A stretch of 64,000 bases of DNA, taken from contig JBLMXG010000226.1 in the NCBI GenBank assembly GCA_050257635.1, forward strand, positions 9,032 to 73,031, in the 5' to 3' direction. Position numbers and translations under genes: made by a program. The DNA comes from Chloroflexota bacterium (GTDB taxonomy: Bacteria; Desulfobacterota; Binatia; UBA9968). Below the pieces are notes generated by a model. The model was not told the origin of the DNA. It made no database searches and saw nothing but the letters and a program-made list of their open reading frames with translations. Numbering within the stretch: position 1 is the first letter of the stretch; every line of letters begins with the position of its first letter. Of this stretch, positions 56,481 to 64,000 are shown in pieces.

Positions 56481-59234
56481 TTATGCGCCGCCGAGACGCG
56501 CCGCTTCGCGGCCGCCGGGGGCGGCGCTGATGCGGCGCACGACGGGAATACGCTCGTAAGCCTCGATGATATCGCCCTGCTTAATGTCCTGAAATCCCTC
56601 CAAGGAAAGACCGCATTCATAACCGGCCGTCACCTCACGCACGTCGTCCTTGAAGCGCTTGAGGCTGGCTAATTTGCCGTCGTAAACGACGACATGATCG
56701 CGCAACAATCGCACCAGATTACCGCGCGCGATTTTACCTTCGGTCACGTAACAGCCGGCGATGGTGCCAACGCCGGCGATGTTGAAAGTCTGGCGAATCT
56801 CGACCCGAGCCTGAGTCTGTTCGCGGAACGTCGGCTCCAACATGCCTTCCATCGCCGCGCGAATATCGGCAACCGCTTCGTAAATGATTGTGTAGAGCCG
56901 CACGTCGACGCCCTCTCTCGCCGCCAAGGCTGCGCCCTTCGATTCCGGCCGCACGTTGAACCCGATCACGATGGCGTTCGACGCCGTCGCCAACAAGATG
57001 TCGCTTTCCGTGATACCGCCCACCGAACCGTGAATCACTCTAAGCTTCACTTCATCGGTGGACATCCGATTGAGTGCGTCGGTCAGAGCCTCCACGGAAC
57101 CCTGCACATCGGCCTTGAGCACGACGCGAAGCTCTTTGACATCGCCGGTCTTGATTTGATCGTACAATTCTTCGAGAGACACCTTGCTCGACTTGACCAG
57201 TTCGGTTTCTCTTTGCTTGCTCTGGCGGTATTCCGCCACTTGGCGCGCCTTGGCCTCGTCAGCCACCGCGACGAATGAGTCGCCGGCCAGCGGCACACCC
57301 TGAAGGCCGAGAATCTCGACCGGAAAGGACGGCGGCGCCGCATCGACTTTGCGGCCGTTGTCGTCGATCATCGCGCGCACTTTGCCGTAGTAGACGCCAC
57401 AGACAAAGGCATCGCCCACACGCAGCGTTCCTTCCTGAACCAACACCGTAGCTACAGGACCGCGGCCGCGGTCCAACTTGGCTTCGACGATAGTGCCGCG
57501 GGCCAGTTTATCCGGATTGGCCTTAAGCTCTAAAATATCCGCCTGCAACAGAAGCATTTCGAGCAGGTGCGGAATCCCTTCATGAGTTTTTGCCGACACT
57601 GGTGCGAACACGGCGTCGCCACCCCAATCCTCCGCAACCAAACCGTATTCAGAAAGGCCTCTCTTGACCTTTTCGATGTCGGCGTCTGGCCGGTCGATCT
57701 TGTTGACCGCGACGATGATCGGCACCTCAGCGGCACGGGCATGATTGATCGCCTCCACCGTCTGCGGCATCACCCCGTCGTCGGCGGCAACAACCAGAAC
57801 AACGATATCGGTCACTTTAGCGCCGCGCGCACGCATCGCCGTAAAGGCTTCGTGGCCCGGAGTATCGAGAAAGGTCACGCTGCGCCCGTCGACCTGCACA
57901 TGATAGGCGCCGATATGCTGGGTAATCCCGCCATGTTCCTGCGCCGTCACATTGGTGCTGCGAATCGAGTCCAACAAAGAGGTCTTGCCGTGGTCGACAT
58001 GCCCCATGATTGTCACCACCGGGGGACGCGCTGACAACGCGGTTTCCTGATCCTCCACTTGATGTTCGATTTCCAACGCGCTGTCCACATCGAAGGCGAC
58101 GTTTTCCACCTGGTGGTCAAACTCGGAAGCGATCAGGGTCGCGGTGTCGGCATCGAGCACTTGGTTGATGGTCGCCATCATCCCCATGCCCATTAATTTC
58201 TTGATGACCTCGCCGGCCTTGACTCCCATCTCCCGGGATAAATCACCGACCGTGACGACTTCGGAAATTTTGATGACCCGCTTGCTCGCTTTTGGAACCG
58301 TGATTTCGGTGTGCTTGACCTCTTTACCCGGAAGGACTCTTTTCTTCCGCGGGATACGTCCGCCGCGCAGCTCCTTTTCCCGAGACTCTAGCACGTCTTG
58401 CTTTTTAACGACGCGTTTCTTGTGACGTCCAGCCTTCGGCTTTTCCTCGCCAGTTGGCACAACCGCGCCATCGGCAGGCCGGGCTCGCTCGACGTCTCCC
58501 GGTCGCGCGCCTGCACCCCCCGGAGCACCCGGGGGAGCTTTGCGCACCGGAGTCGGCGCCGGCTCAACACGCATAGTTTGTTTCAGATCGATGCGGCCGA
58601 GGATGCGCGCGCCGCGCGATTGTTCCGGCGCCGCTGGAAACAGCGGTGCGGCTTCGCGCCGTGGCTCCGCCTCTTGCGCCATTGGCGCGGTAGTCGAAGG
58701 AGTCTCAGCCGTTCGCTCCGCGGGGAAGGATTGCGGCTCCTCGGAAGGCCCCGCCGGCACAACGTCCTCAAAGGGGAAGTCCATTTCCGGCATCATCTCG
58801 GCCGGGCTTTCCTCAACCGGAGTCTCCGGCGGGGCGGTCTCAATCTCACGGGCAGGGGTCTCTGGGGTCGGCACCTTGGCCGCTTCGGCCGGGGTGGAAG
58901 TGGTTTCGCTCGGAACGACCTCCGTTCGGTTGACTCGGCGGCGAATCACGTTGGCACGCACCCGTCGCTCCACCACAGTTTCCCGGGCTTCGGTTCCTCC
59001 CACACCCTCGTCTTCGGTTCTGACCAAGCGATCGGCGACAATTTTTTCCTCGCCGACGTGGACTTGAGGCTTTTCCTGAACCGCCAATGCGGTGCGCACG
59101 CGGGCGACCTCGTCGTCTTCGAGCGCGCTCTGTGCTTTTCGTCCTCTCATACCCAACTTATCGAGTTGGGCTATGAGATCTTTGGTCTCAATGCCCAGCT
59201 CCTTGGCCAATAGATGGACTCTCGTCTTACCCAT
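56481..59234 (-). CDS. infB: Translation initiation factor IF-2
   Basis: G-domain [20 protein letters not shown] and NKID. Pro/Ala/Glu-rich N-terminal region. 917 aa. Confidence 0.97.
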   Translation of the reverse strand: MGKTRVHLLAKELGIETKDLIAQLDKLGMRGRKAQSALEDDEVARVRTALAVQEKPQVHVGEEKIVADRLVRTEDEGVGGTEARETVVERRVRANVIRRRVNRTEVVPSETTSTPAEAAKVPTPETPAREIETAPPETPVEESPAEMMPEMDFPFEDVVPAGPSEEPQSFPAERTAETPSTTAPMAQEAEPRREAAPLFPAAPEQSRGARILGRIDLKQTMRVEPAPTPVRKAPPGAPGGAGARPGDVERARPADGAVVPTGEEKPKAGRHKKRVVKKQDVLESREKELRGGRIPRKKRVLPGKEVKHTEITVPKASKRVIKISEVVTVGDLSREMGVKAGEVIKKLMGMGMMATINQVLDADTATLIASEFDHQVENVAFDVDSALEIEHQVEDQETALSARPPVVTIMGHVDHGKTSLLDSIRSTNVTAQEHGGITQHIGAYHVQVDGRSVTFLDTPGHEAFTAMRARGAKVTDIVVLVVAADDGVMPQTVEAINHARAAEVPIIVAVNKIDRPDADIEKVKRGLSEYGLVAEDWGGDAVFAPVSAKTHEGIPHLLEMLLLQADILELKANPDKLARGTIVEAKLDRGRGPVATVLVQEGTLRVGDAFVCGVYYGKVRAMIDDNGRKVDAAPPSFPVEILGLQGVPLAGDSFVAVADEAKARQVAEYRQSKQRETELVKSSKVSLEELYDQIKTGDVKELRVVLKADVQGSVEALTDALNRMSTDEVKLRVIHGSVGGITESDILLATASNAIVIGFNVRPESKGAALAAREGVDVRLYTIIYEAVADIRAAMEGMLEPTFREQTQARVEIRQTFNIAGVGTIAGCYVTEGKIARGNLVRLLRDHVVVYDGKLASLKRFKDDVREVTAGYECGLSLEGFQDIKQGDIIEAYERIPVVRRISAAPGGREAARLGGA

Positions 59235-59240
59235 CTCTGC

Positions 59241-59510
59241 TTACTCCCAGTCTCGACCCTTTAGCTCCCGTACTAACTGTTCCTTCGCCGCTCGGCTGAC
59301 CTCGACGTGAAAGGCTCGATAGAGACCTTTCCGCGCCAAGAACTTGCGCCAGCAATCCTCGTTTCGATGTAAATACCCGCCGCGTCCGCGATGGCGATCG
59401 ACGCATAATCGGCCATCGTCCGTCAGCGCCAAGCGAAGCAGCCCACGCTGATCATCTCGCGCCCCGCAACCGAGGCAAGTTCGTTGCGGCTGCAGTCCTA
59501 TTCGCGACAC
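59241..59510 (-). CDS. ylxR: YlxR/RnpM family (DUF448) RNA-binding protein
   Basis: GTG start. RTCLGCGARDDQRGLLRL...GRGGYLH. Sits between nusA and infB. Confidence 0.85.
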   Translation of the reverse strand: MSRIGLQPQRTCLGCGARDDQRGLLRLALTDDGRLCVDRHRGRGGYLHRNEDCWRKFLARKGLYRAFHVEVSRAAKEQLVRELKGRDWE

Positions 59511-59512
59511 GC

Positions 59513-60838
59513 CTACTCGGGTTGCGACTCTTGTTCCGGCGGCGCCGGCTGCGCCGCCGCGGCGGCTGCCTTCGCGGCGGCCTCGGCTTCCTGAGCCCGC
59601 TTTTCTGCCACGTACTGCTTCGCGGAGTTATGCAAGGCCTCGGCTTTCTCCTTGCTGATGCCTTCGACATCGAGAATTTCTTCCAGCTCGCTGTCGGCGA
59701 CATCCTCCGCCGATTTAAATCCTTCTTGATAAAGCAGCTCCGCGGCAAAATCGCCGATACCGGGGATCGCGCCGATTGACTGGCGCGCCCGGCGCGTCTC
59801 CTCTTCAGCCTCCGCCTCGCTGCGTACGTCGATGCGCCAGCCGGTGAGCCGAGAAGCCAACCGAACATTTTGTCCCTTCTTGCCGATCGCCAGCGAAAGC
59901 TGGTCGTCGGGCACGATGACTTCCATCGTGTGATCTTCGTCGTCGATAATGATCTTCGAGACTTTAGCCGGCGCCAGCGCCCGGCAGACATACTCGGCTT
60001 GGTCCGGAATCCAGTGCACGATATCGATTTTCTCGCCGCGCAACTCCTGAACCACGGACTGCACCCGGGTGCCTTTCATGCCGACGCACGCGCCCACCGG
60101 ATCGACATCAGAGTCGTGCGAAACCACCGCGATCTTCGCCCTCCCGCCCGGTTCCCGCGCTGCACCTTTGACCTCAACGATGCCTTCGTAGATTTCCGGA
60201 ACTTCCTGAGCGAAGAGTTGAATCAACATGCCCGGATGGGTGCGGGAGAGAATGATCTGCGGCCCCCGGCTGGTGATTTCGACGCTCACAATATAGGCGC
60301 GGATGCGATCGCCCTGGCGATAGCGCTCGCGCGGCACCTGCTCTTTTTCCGGCAATATTGCATCGGTGCGGCCAAGATTGACGATAATGTTGCGCTTCTC
60401 GAAACGCTGGACAATCCCGTTGACCAATTGGCCTTCACGGCCCTTGAACTCGTTATAGATGATCTCGCGCTCCGCGTCGCGCAGTCGCTGCACGATATTC
60501 TGCTTGGCGGCCTGGGCCGCAATGCGGCCGAACAGGCTCGAATCGAGCTTGCACAACAACTCGTCGCCGACCTCGGCGTCCGGATCGAGCATCTCTTTGG
60601 CTTCCTTCAAGGTAATCTCGGTGGCCTCGTCTTGAACTTGCTCGACCACGGTCTTGGCTTCGAACAGCTCGACTTCGCCGATTTCCGGATTGAACTGCGC
60701 CTCGATCTTGCGGTTGTGGCCGAATTTTTTCTTGGCCGCCGAGACCATGGCGTTTTCCAAAGCGCTGACGAGAATCGCTTTGTCGATTCCCTTCTCTTTG
60801 CTCACCTGTTCGATGACTCTATTTAGATCCTGCTGCAT
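59513..60838 (-). CDS. nusA: Transcription termination/antitermination factor NusA
   Basis: ATG at 60838 ([18 protein letters not shown]). S1 and two KH domains ([10 protein letters not shown]). Acidic/Ala-rich C-terminal tail. Confidence 0.95.
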   Translation of the reverse strand: MQQDLNRVIEQVSKEKGIDKAILVSALENAMVSAAKKKFGHNRKIEAQFNPEIGEVELFEAKTVVEQVQDEATEITLKEAKEMLDPDAEVGDELLCKLDSSLFGRIAAQAAKQNIVQRLRDAEREIIYNEFKGREGQLVNGIVQRFEKRNIIVNLGRTDAILPEKEQVPRERYRQGDRIRAYIVSVEITSRGPQIILSRTHPGMLIQLFAQEVPEIYEGIVEVKGAAREPGGRAKIAVVSHDSDVDPVGACVGMKGTRVQSVVQELRGEKIDIVHWIPDQAEYVCRALAPAKVSKIIIDDEDHTMEVIVPDDQLSLAIGKKGQNVRLASRLTGWRIDVRSEAEAEEETRRARQSIGAIPGIGDFAAELLYQEGFKSAEDVADSELEEILDVEGISKEKAEALHNSAKQYVAEKRAQEAEAAAKAAAAAAQPAPPEQESQPE

Positions 60839-61307
60839 ACTCGGCGCTCCAGTCGTGCTCGTAGTTCGATTTTTCAATCAAGGAAAACGGGATTTCGCAT
60901 CGGGTTCCATCTTGGTTCACGGCAATCTTTTCGTTTGAAACTTCGAGCAGTCGGCCCAGAAACGACCGCCGGCCTCCGATGAGCTCCCGGGTTCGCACGC
61001 GAATGGTCTTGCCGATGAATCGCGTGAAATGTTCCGGTCGCTTGAGCGGCCGATTGATGCCTGGGGAGGAGACTTCTAACGTGTAGGCCCCATCGACCAC
61101 GTCTTGGGTGTCGAGCAGCTCGCTCAACTCACGGCTCACCTGGCTCAAATCGTCCATGTTCGGCCCGCCGGCTTTGTCGAGATACAAGCGCAGAACCCGG
61201 CCGCTCCGACTCCCTTCACGCCGCAGTTCGATGTCGATGATCTCCATGCCACGCGTTTCCGCCAACGGCGCGGCGAGCTCCCAAATGCGGGCAACGGTCG
61301 CGTCCAT
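60819..61307 (-). CDS. rimP: Ribosome maturation factor RimP
   Basis: 162 aa. LELVDIE-type N-terminus (MEIIDIELRREGSRSGRVLRLYLDK) and LEVSSPGINRPL. Confidence 0.92.
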   Translation of the reverse strand: MDATVARIWELAAPLAETRGMEIIDIELRREGSRSGRVLRLYLDKAGGPNMDDLSQVSRELSELLDTQDVVDGAYTLEVSSPGINRPLKRPEHFTRFIGKTIRVRTRELIGGRRSFLGRLLEVSNEKIAVNQDGTRCEIPFSLIEKSNYEHDWSAEYAAGSK

Positions 61308-61327
61308 CGTTTTTTGTCAGCCCCTAG

Positions 61328-61354
61328 AAACAAAAAAAGCGGGCAAAGCCCACT
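61328..61354 (-). terminator. Intrinsic terminator inside the rimP leader (attenuator candidate)
   Basis: The minus strand reads AGTGGGC-ttt-GCCCGCT followed by seven T's, 20-45 nt upstream of the rimP ATG. It lies downstream of a TTGCAT-18 nt (with TGn)-TATCAA promoter-like element at 61385-61414. Confidence 0.55.
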
Positions 61355-61458
61355 TTGAGTGTTACCTCTTAAAGTGTAAGAAAATTGATACCATGCCGGC
61401 CCTCGCCAATGCAAGGGGCGGATTTGCTCGCGGCTTTGCACCCCTGCAGGTATTTGCT

Positions 61459-62595
61459 ATGATTCTGTTTTCAATTCACGTTCCTTCCATGAAAGCTGCG
61501 AGTCCAGCAAACCGATCTTCACCTGCACAAGTCTCGTGGGAGCAAATCCTCGCCAACTTGGACGACGGCGTAGTTTCTCTCGACGCCGGCGGCAAAATTA
61601 CTTTTTTTAACGAAGCTTCGGAGTTGCTTACGGATATCTCTTCGGTGGCTGCGGTCGGCCAGCCTGTCGAGCAAATCTTCAAGCGCGAGCCATGGCTGAT
61701 CGATCTGATTAAACAAACTCATCCGCCTCGCCAAACCCGCGCCCGTGGCGAGGGTAATTTTATCAGCCGTTGGGGTCGAAAGATTCCGGTCGGCGTCACG
61801 GTGTCGCCGCTGCAAGACCGGCAGGGCCGCTTCGTCGGTACCATCTTGTTGTTGCGCGACATCAAGCGCCGCAAGGAACTCGAGGAAGACCTCAAACGCG
61901 CCGACCGGCTGGTCTTGATGGGTACGCTGGCCGCCGGCCTAGCCCATGAAATACGCAACCCGCTCGGCGGCATCAAAGGCGCCGCCCAGCTGCTGCGCCG
62001 TTCCAGCGATGGCGACCCGTCGGTGCGAGAGTTCACCGACATCATGATCCGCGAAGTGGACCGGGTGAATCAGTTGATCGAGCAATTGCTCGATCTGTCA
62101 CGCCCGGCGCAACTGACACTCGCTCCCGTCAACATTCACGAGATTTTAGAGGACGTCCTACTGCTCGAAGGCCACAACAACCGCGGCAAGGAAATCACCG
62201 TAAAAAAGTGGTTCGACCCCAGCCTGCCGCCGATCCGCGGCGATCGCGCTCAACTCACCCAAGTATTTCTCAACCTGGTGAAGAACGCGTTTCAAGCCAT
62301 GGACATGGGAGAGCTGGCCGTGACCACGAGATTGGAAACCGATTATCATATCCGGGAGCATGGCACGGAGCCCAATCGTTTCATTTGGGTCGATCTCGCC
62401 GACGAAGGCCGCGGCATTCGCGAAGAAGATTTGCCGCATATTTTTTCGCCCTTCTTTACAACGAAAAACAACGGCACTGGGCTCGGACTGGCGACCTGCT
62501 ATCGAATCGTCAAGGAGCATGGCGGCACGATCCGCGTTGAAACTACCGAGGGAAAGGGAAGCGTCTTCAGAGTCTCATTGGTGGTGGCAGACTAA
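61459..62595 (+). CDS. PAS-domain sensor histidine kinase (NtrB-like)
   Basis: PAS (LDDGVVSLDAGGKITFFNEA), H-box LAHEIRNPLGGI, N-box LVKNAFQAM, G1 DEGRGI, G2 GTGLGL. The start is ATG 61459 or 61489; upstream ORF codons are antisense to rimP. Confidence 0.9.
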   Translation: MILFSIHVPSMKAASPANRSSPAQVSWEQILANLDDGVVSLDAGGKITFFNEASELLTDISSVAAVGQPVEQIFKREPWLIDLIKQTHPPRQTRARGEGNFISRWGRKIPVGVTVSPLQDRQGRFVGTILLLRDIKRRKELEEDLKRADRLVLMGTLAAGLAHEIRNPLGGIKGAAQLLRRSSDGDPSVREFTDIMIREVDRVNQLIEQLLDLSRPAQLTLAPVNIHEILEDVLLLEGHNNRGKEITVKKWFDPSLPPIRGDRAQLTQVFLNLVKNAFQAMDMGELAVTTRLETDYHIREHGTEPNRFIWVDLADEGRGIREEDLPHIFSPFFTTKNNGTGLGLATCYRIVKEHGGTIRVETTEGKGSVFRVSLVVAD

Positions 62596-62596
62596 C

Positions 62597-64000
62597 ATGG
62601 ACCAAGGAAAAATCCTCATAACCGAAGACGAAGATTCGCTGCGATACGTGTTGCAGAAAGCCCTTGAGACCGAAGGCTACTGGGTGCAAACGGCAGCCAA
62701 CGGCGGGACTGCGCGACGGCTGTTGACAGAAAGCCGCTTCGACGTCTCGTTAATGGACATCAAACTGCCCGATATCGACGGCCTGGAACTGCTCAAGGAA
62801 TTCAAGGAAACCGGGATCGACACCGCGATGATCCTCATGACCGCGCAAAACACCATGCGCAACGCCATCGGCGCCATGAAGAACGGAGCGTTCGACTACA
62901 TCACCAAGCCCTTCGACCTCGACGAAGTGCTGGTGCTGGTCAAACGCGCCATGGATAGCCGAAAACTCAGCCGCGATTTTCGTGAGCTCAAGGAAGAGGT
63001 CAAAAAGCGCTTCGAGCCCGGCGTCAACATCATCGGCACCAGCGCGAGCATGCAATCGGTCTACAAGACCATCGGCCAGGTGGTGGACACGTTGGCGACC
63101 ATCTTGATCCTGGGCGAAAGCGGCACGGGCAAGGAGCTGGTCGCCAAGACGATCCATTACAACTCGCCGCGCTGGAATCAGCCCTTCGTGGCGATTAACT
63201 GCGCCGCCATTCCGCGCGATCTGCTTGAAAGCGAGCTCTTCGGCCATGAAAAGGGTTCCTTCACCGGCGCTCTGGATCGCCGCTTGGGCAAATTCGAGCT
63301 GGCCGAAGGCGGCACGCTGTTTTTGGACGAGGTCGGCGACATCCCGCTGGACTTGCAAACCAAACTGCTGCGCGTGCTCCAGGATCACGAGTACAGTCGG
63401 GTCGGTGGCCGCGAGACGTTGAAAGCCGATGTGCGTATTCTCGCCGCCACCAATCAAGATCTCGACAAGGCCGTCAAGGAAAAACGCTTTCGCGAAGATC
63501 TCTATTTCCGCCTCAAAGTGATTCCGATCTATTTGCCGCCGCTGCGCGAGCGGCGCGGCGATATCGCGCTGCTGATCGGTTATTTCCTTGACAAGATCAA
63601 TCGCGAGATGGGTTTGCAGATCTCGGGAGTCTCGCCCGACGCACAAAAGCTTCTCGAAGAGCATTCCTGGCCCGGCAACGTGCGCGAGTTGGAGAACACG
63701 CTGATCCGCGCCGCGGTTTTGTCCTCGGGACCGATCCTCTTTCCCAAGGATTTTACCCTGCAAAGCAAGCCGGCGGCGACCACCCTCGAGGTCGACCAAC
63801 TTTCCCTGGAAGAGATCATCCGTCACAAACTCGAGGATTATTTTCGCCGAACCGAAGGCGTCGACGTCGACAATTTATATTCCTTGGTCATCGAAAGAGT
63901 CGAACGGCCGCTCATCGATCTCACGCTCAGGAAAACCAAGGGCAATCAGATTCGCGCCGCGCAAATTCTCGGCATCAACCGCAACACTCTGCGGAAGAAA
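62597..64000 (+). CDS. Sigma-54-dependent Fis-family response regulator (NtrC-like), 3' end beyond window
   Basis: My translation. REC ([20 protein letters not shown]), AAA+ ([32 protein letters not shown]) and Fis HTH ([19 protein letters not shown]). The frame stays open to 64000; the start lies 1 nt after the kinase stop. Confidence 0.93.
   Translation, partial: MDQGKILITEDEDSLRYVLQKALETEGYWVQTAANGGTARRLLTESRFDVSLMDIKLPDIDGLELLKEFKETGIDTAMILMTAQNTMRNAIGAMKNGAFDYITKPFDLDEVLVLVKRAMDSRKLSRDFRELKEEVKKRFEPGVNIIGTSASMQSVYKTIGQVVDTLATILILGESGTGKELVAKTIHYNSPRWNQPFVAINCAAIPRDLLESELFGHEKGSFTGALDRRLGKFELAEGGTLFLDEVGDIPLDLQTKLLRVLQDHEYSRVGGRETLKADVRILAATNQDLDKAVKEKRFREDLYFRLKVIPIYLPPLRERRGDIALLIGYFLDKINREMGLQISGVSPDAQKLLEEHSWPGNVRELENTLIRAAVLSSGPILFPKDFTLQSKPAATTLEVDQLSLEEIIRHKLEDYFRRTEGVDVDNLYSLVIERVERPLIDLTLRKTKGNQIRAAQILGINRNTLRKK

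Noticed and set aside
58400-59000. Repetitive-looking Pro/Ala/Glu/Arg-rich DNA that might be a tandem repeat or array
   Set aside because: It is the low-complexity N-terminal region of IF-2, in frame and typical for infB. There is no spacer/repeat periodicity.
62750-63826. 358-aa minus-strand ORF in the six-frame track
   Set aside because: It is exactly antisense to the unmistakable NtrC-like sigma-54 activator read on the plus strand. Its composition (Gly/Arg/Asp/Leu-rich with no motifs) is typical of a high-GC shadow frame.
1-64000. Sigma-54 promoters (TGGCAC-N5-TTGC) as possible targets of the NtrC-like activator
   Set aside because: I checked the intergenic regions upstream of the binding-protein, hypothetical, tct and kinase genes by eye and found no GG-N10-GC element with adequate flanks. 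A computational scan could still find one.

Overview
High-GC bacterial chromosomal segment, densely coded. It is mostly core housekeeping genes; I saw no rRNA, tRNA, CRISPR array, transposase, integrase or recognisable defence genes. The lineage cannot be assigned from sequence alone; the many Bug/TctC and NMT1-type binding proteins, a PAC2 protein and a family B polymerase suggest an uncultivated soil lineage, but that is only a guess.

Main blocks:
- A long minus-strand run, coaBC - DUF4416-like - family-4 UDG - NfeD - SPFH - queA - tgt - yajC - secD - secF - recJ (4.5-16.3 kb).
- mlaA, an AT-rich islet carrying an orphan zinc-ribbon gene, a RluA-type pseudouridine synthase, manC-like and trmI.
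- A NitT/TauT-type ABC importer with two permeases and two binding proteins.
- An epimerase, then GT2 and PAC2 genes, divergent from a family B DNA polymerase.
- An aminotransferase / aldehyde dehydrogenase pair beside a TctC + TctA-TctB-fusion transporter.
- An orphan molybdopterin hydroxylase subunit co-oriented with the CCA-adding enzyme.
- An M16 peptidase pair, then UbiD - DUF4126 - Cld/HemQ-like - SDR.
- A J-domain protein, an unknown 179-aa protein, and a three-ORF split-beta nitrile-hydratase-like cluster directly downstream of pckG.
- The conserved rimP-nusA-ylxR-infB-DUF503-rbfA-truB operon, and a divergent NtrB/NtrC-like two-component pair that runs off the 3' edge.

Most interesting items: the split NHase-type metalloenzyme with uncharacterised neighbours; a PAS-DHp-REC protein with no ATPase domain; an attenuator-like leader in front of rimP; two unexplained noncoding stretches (17.5-17.8 kb and 45.9-46.2 kb); and several long perfect or near-perfect intergenic palindromes. 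I found no convincing novel defence or mobile system. All calls come from reading the translations and the DNA by eye; no searches or computations were run.
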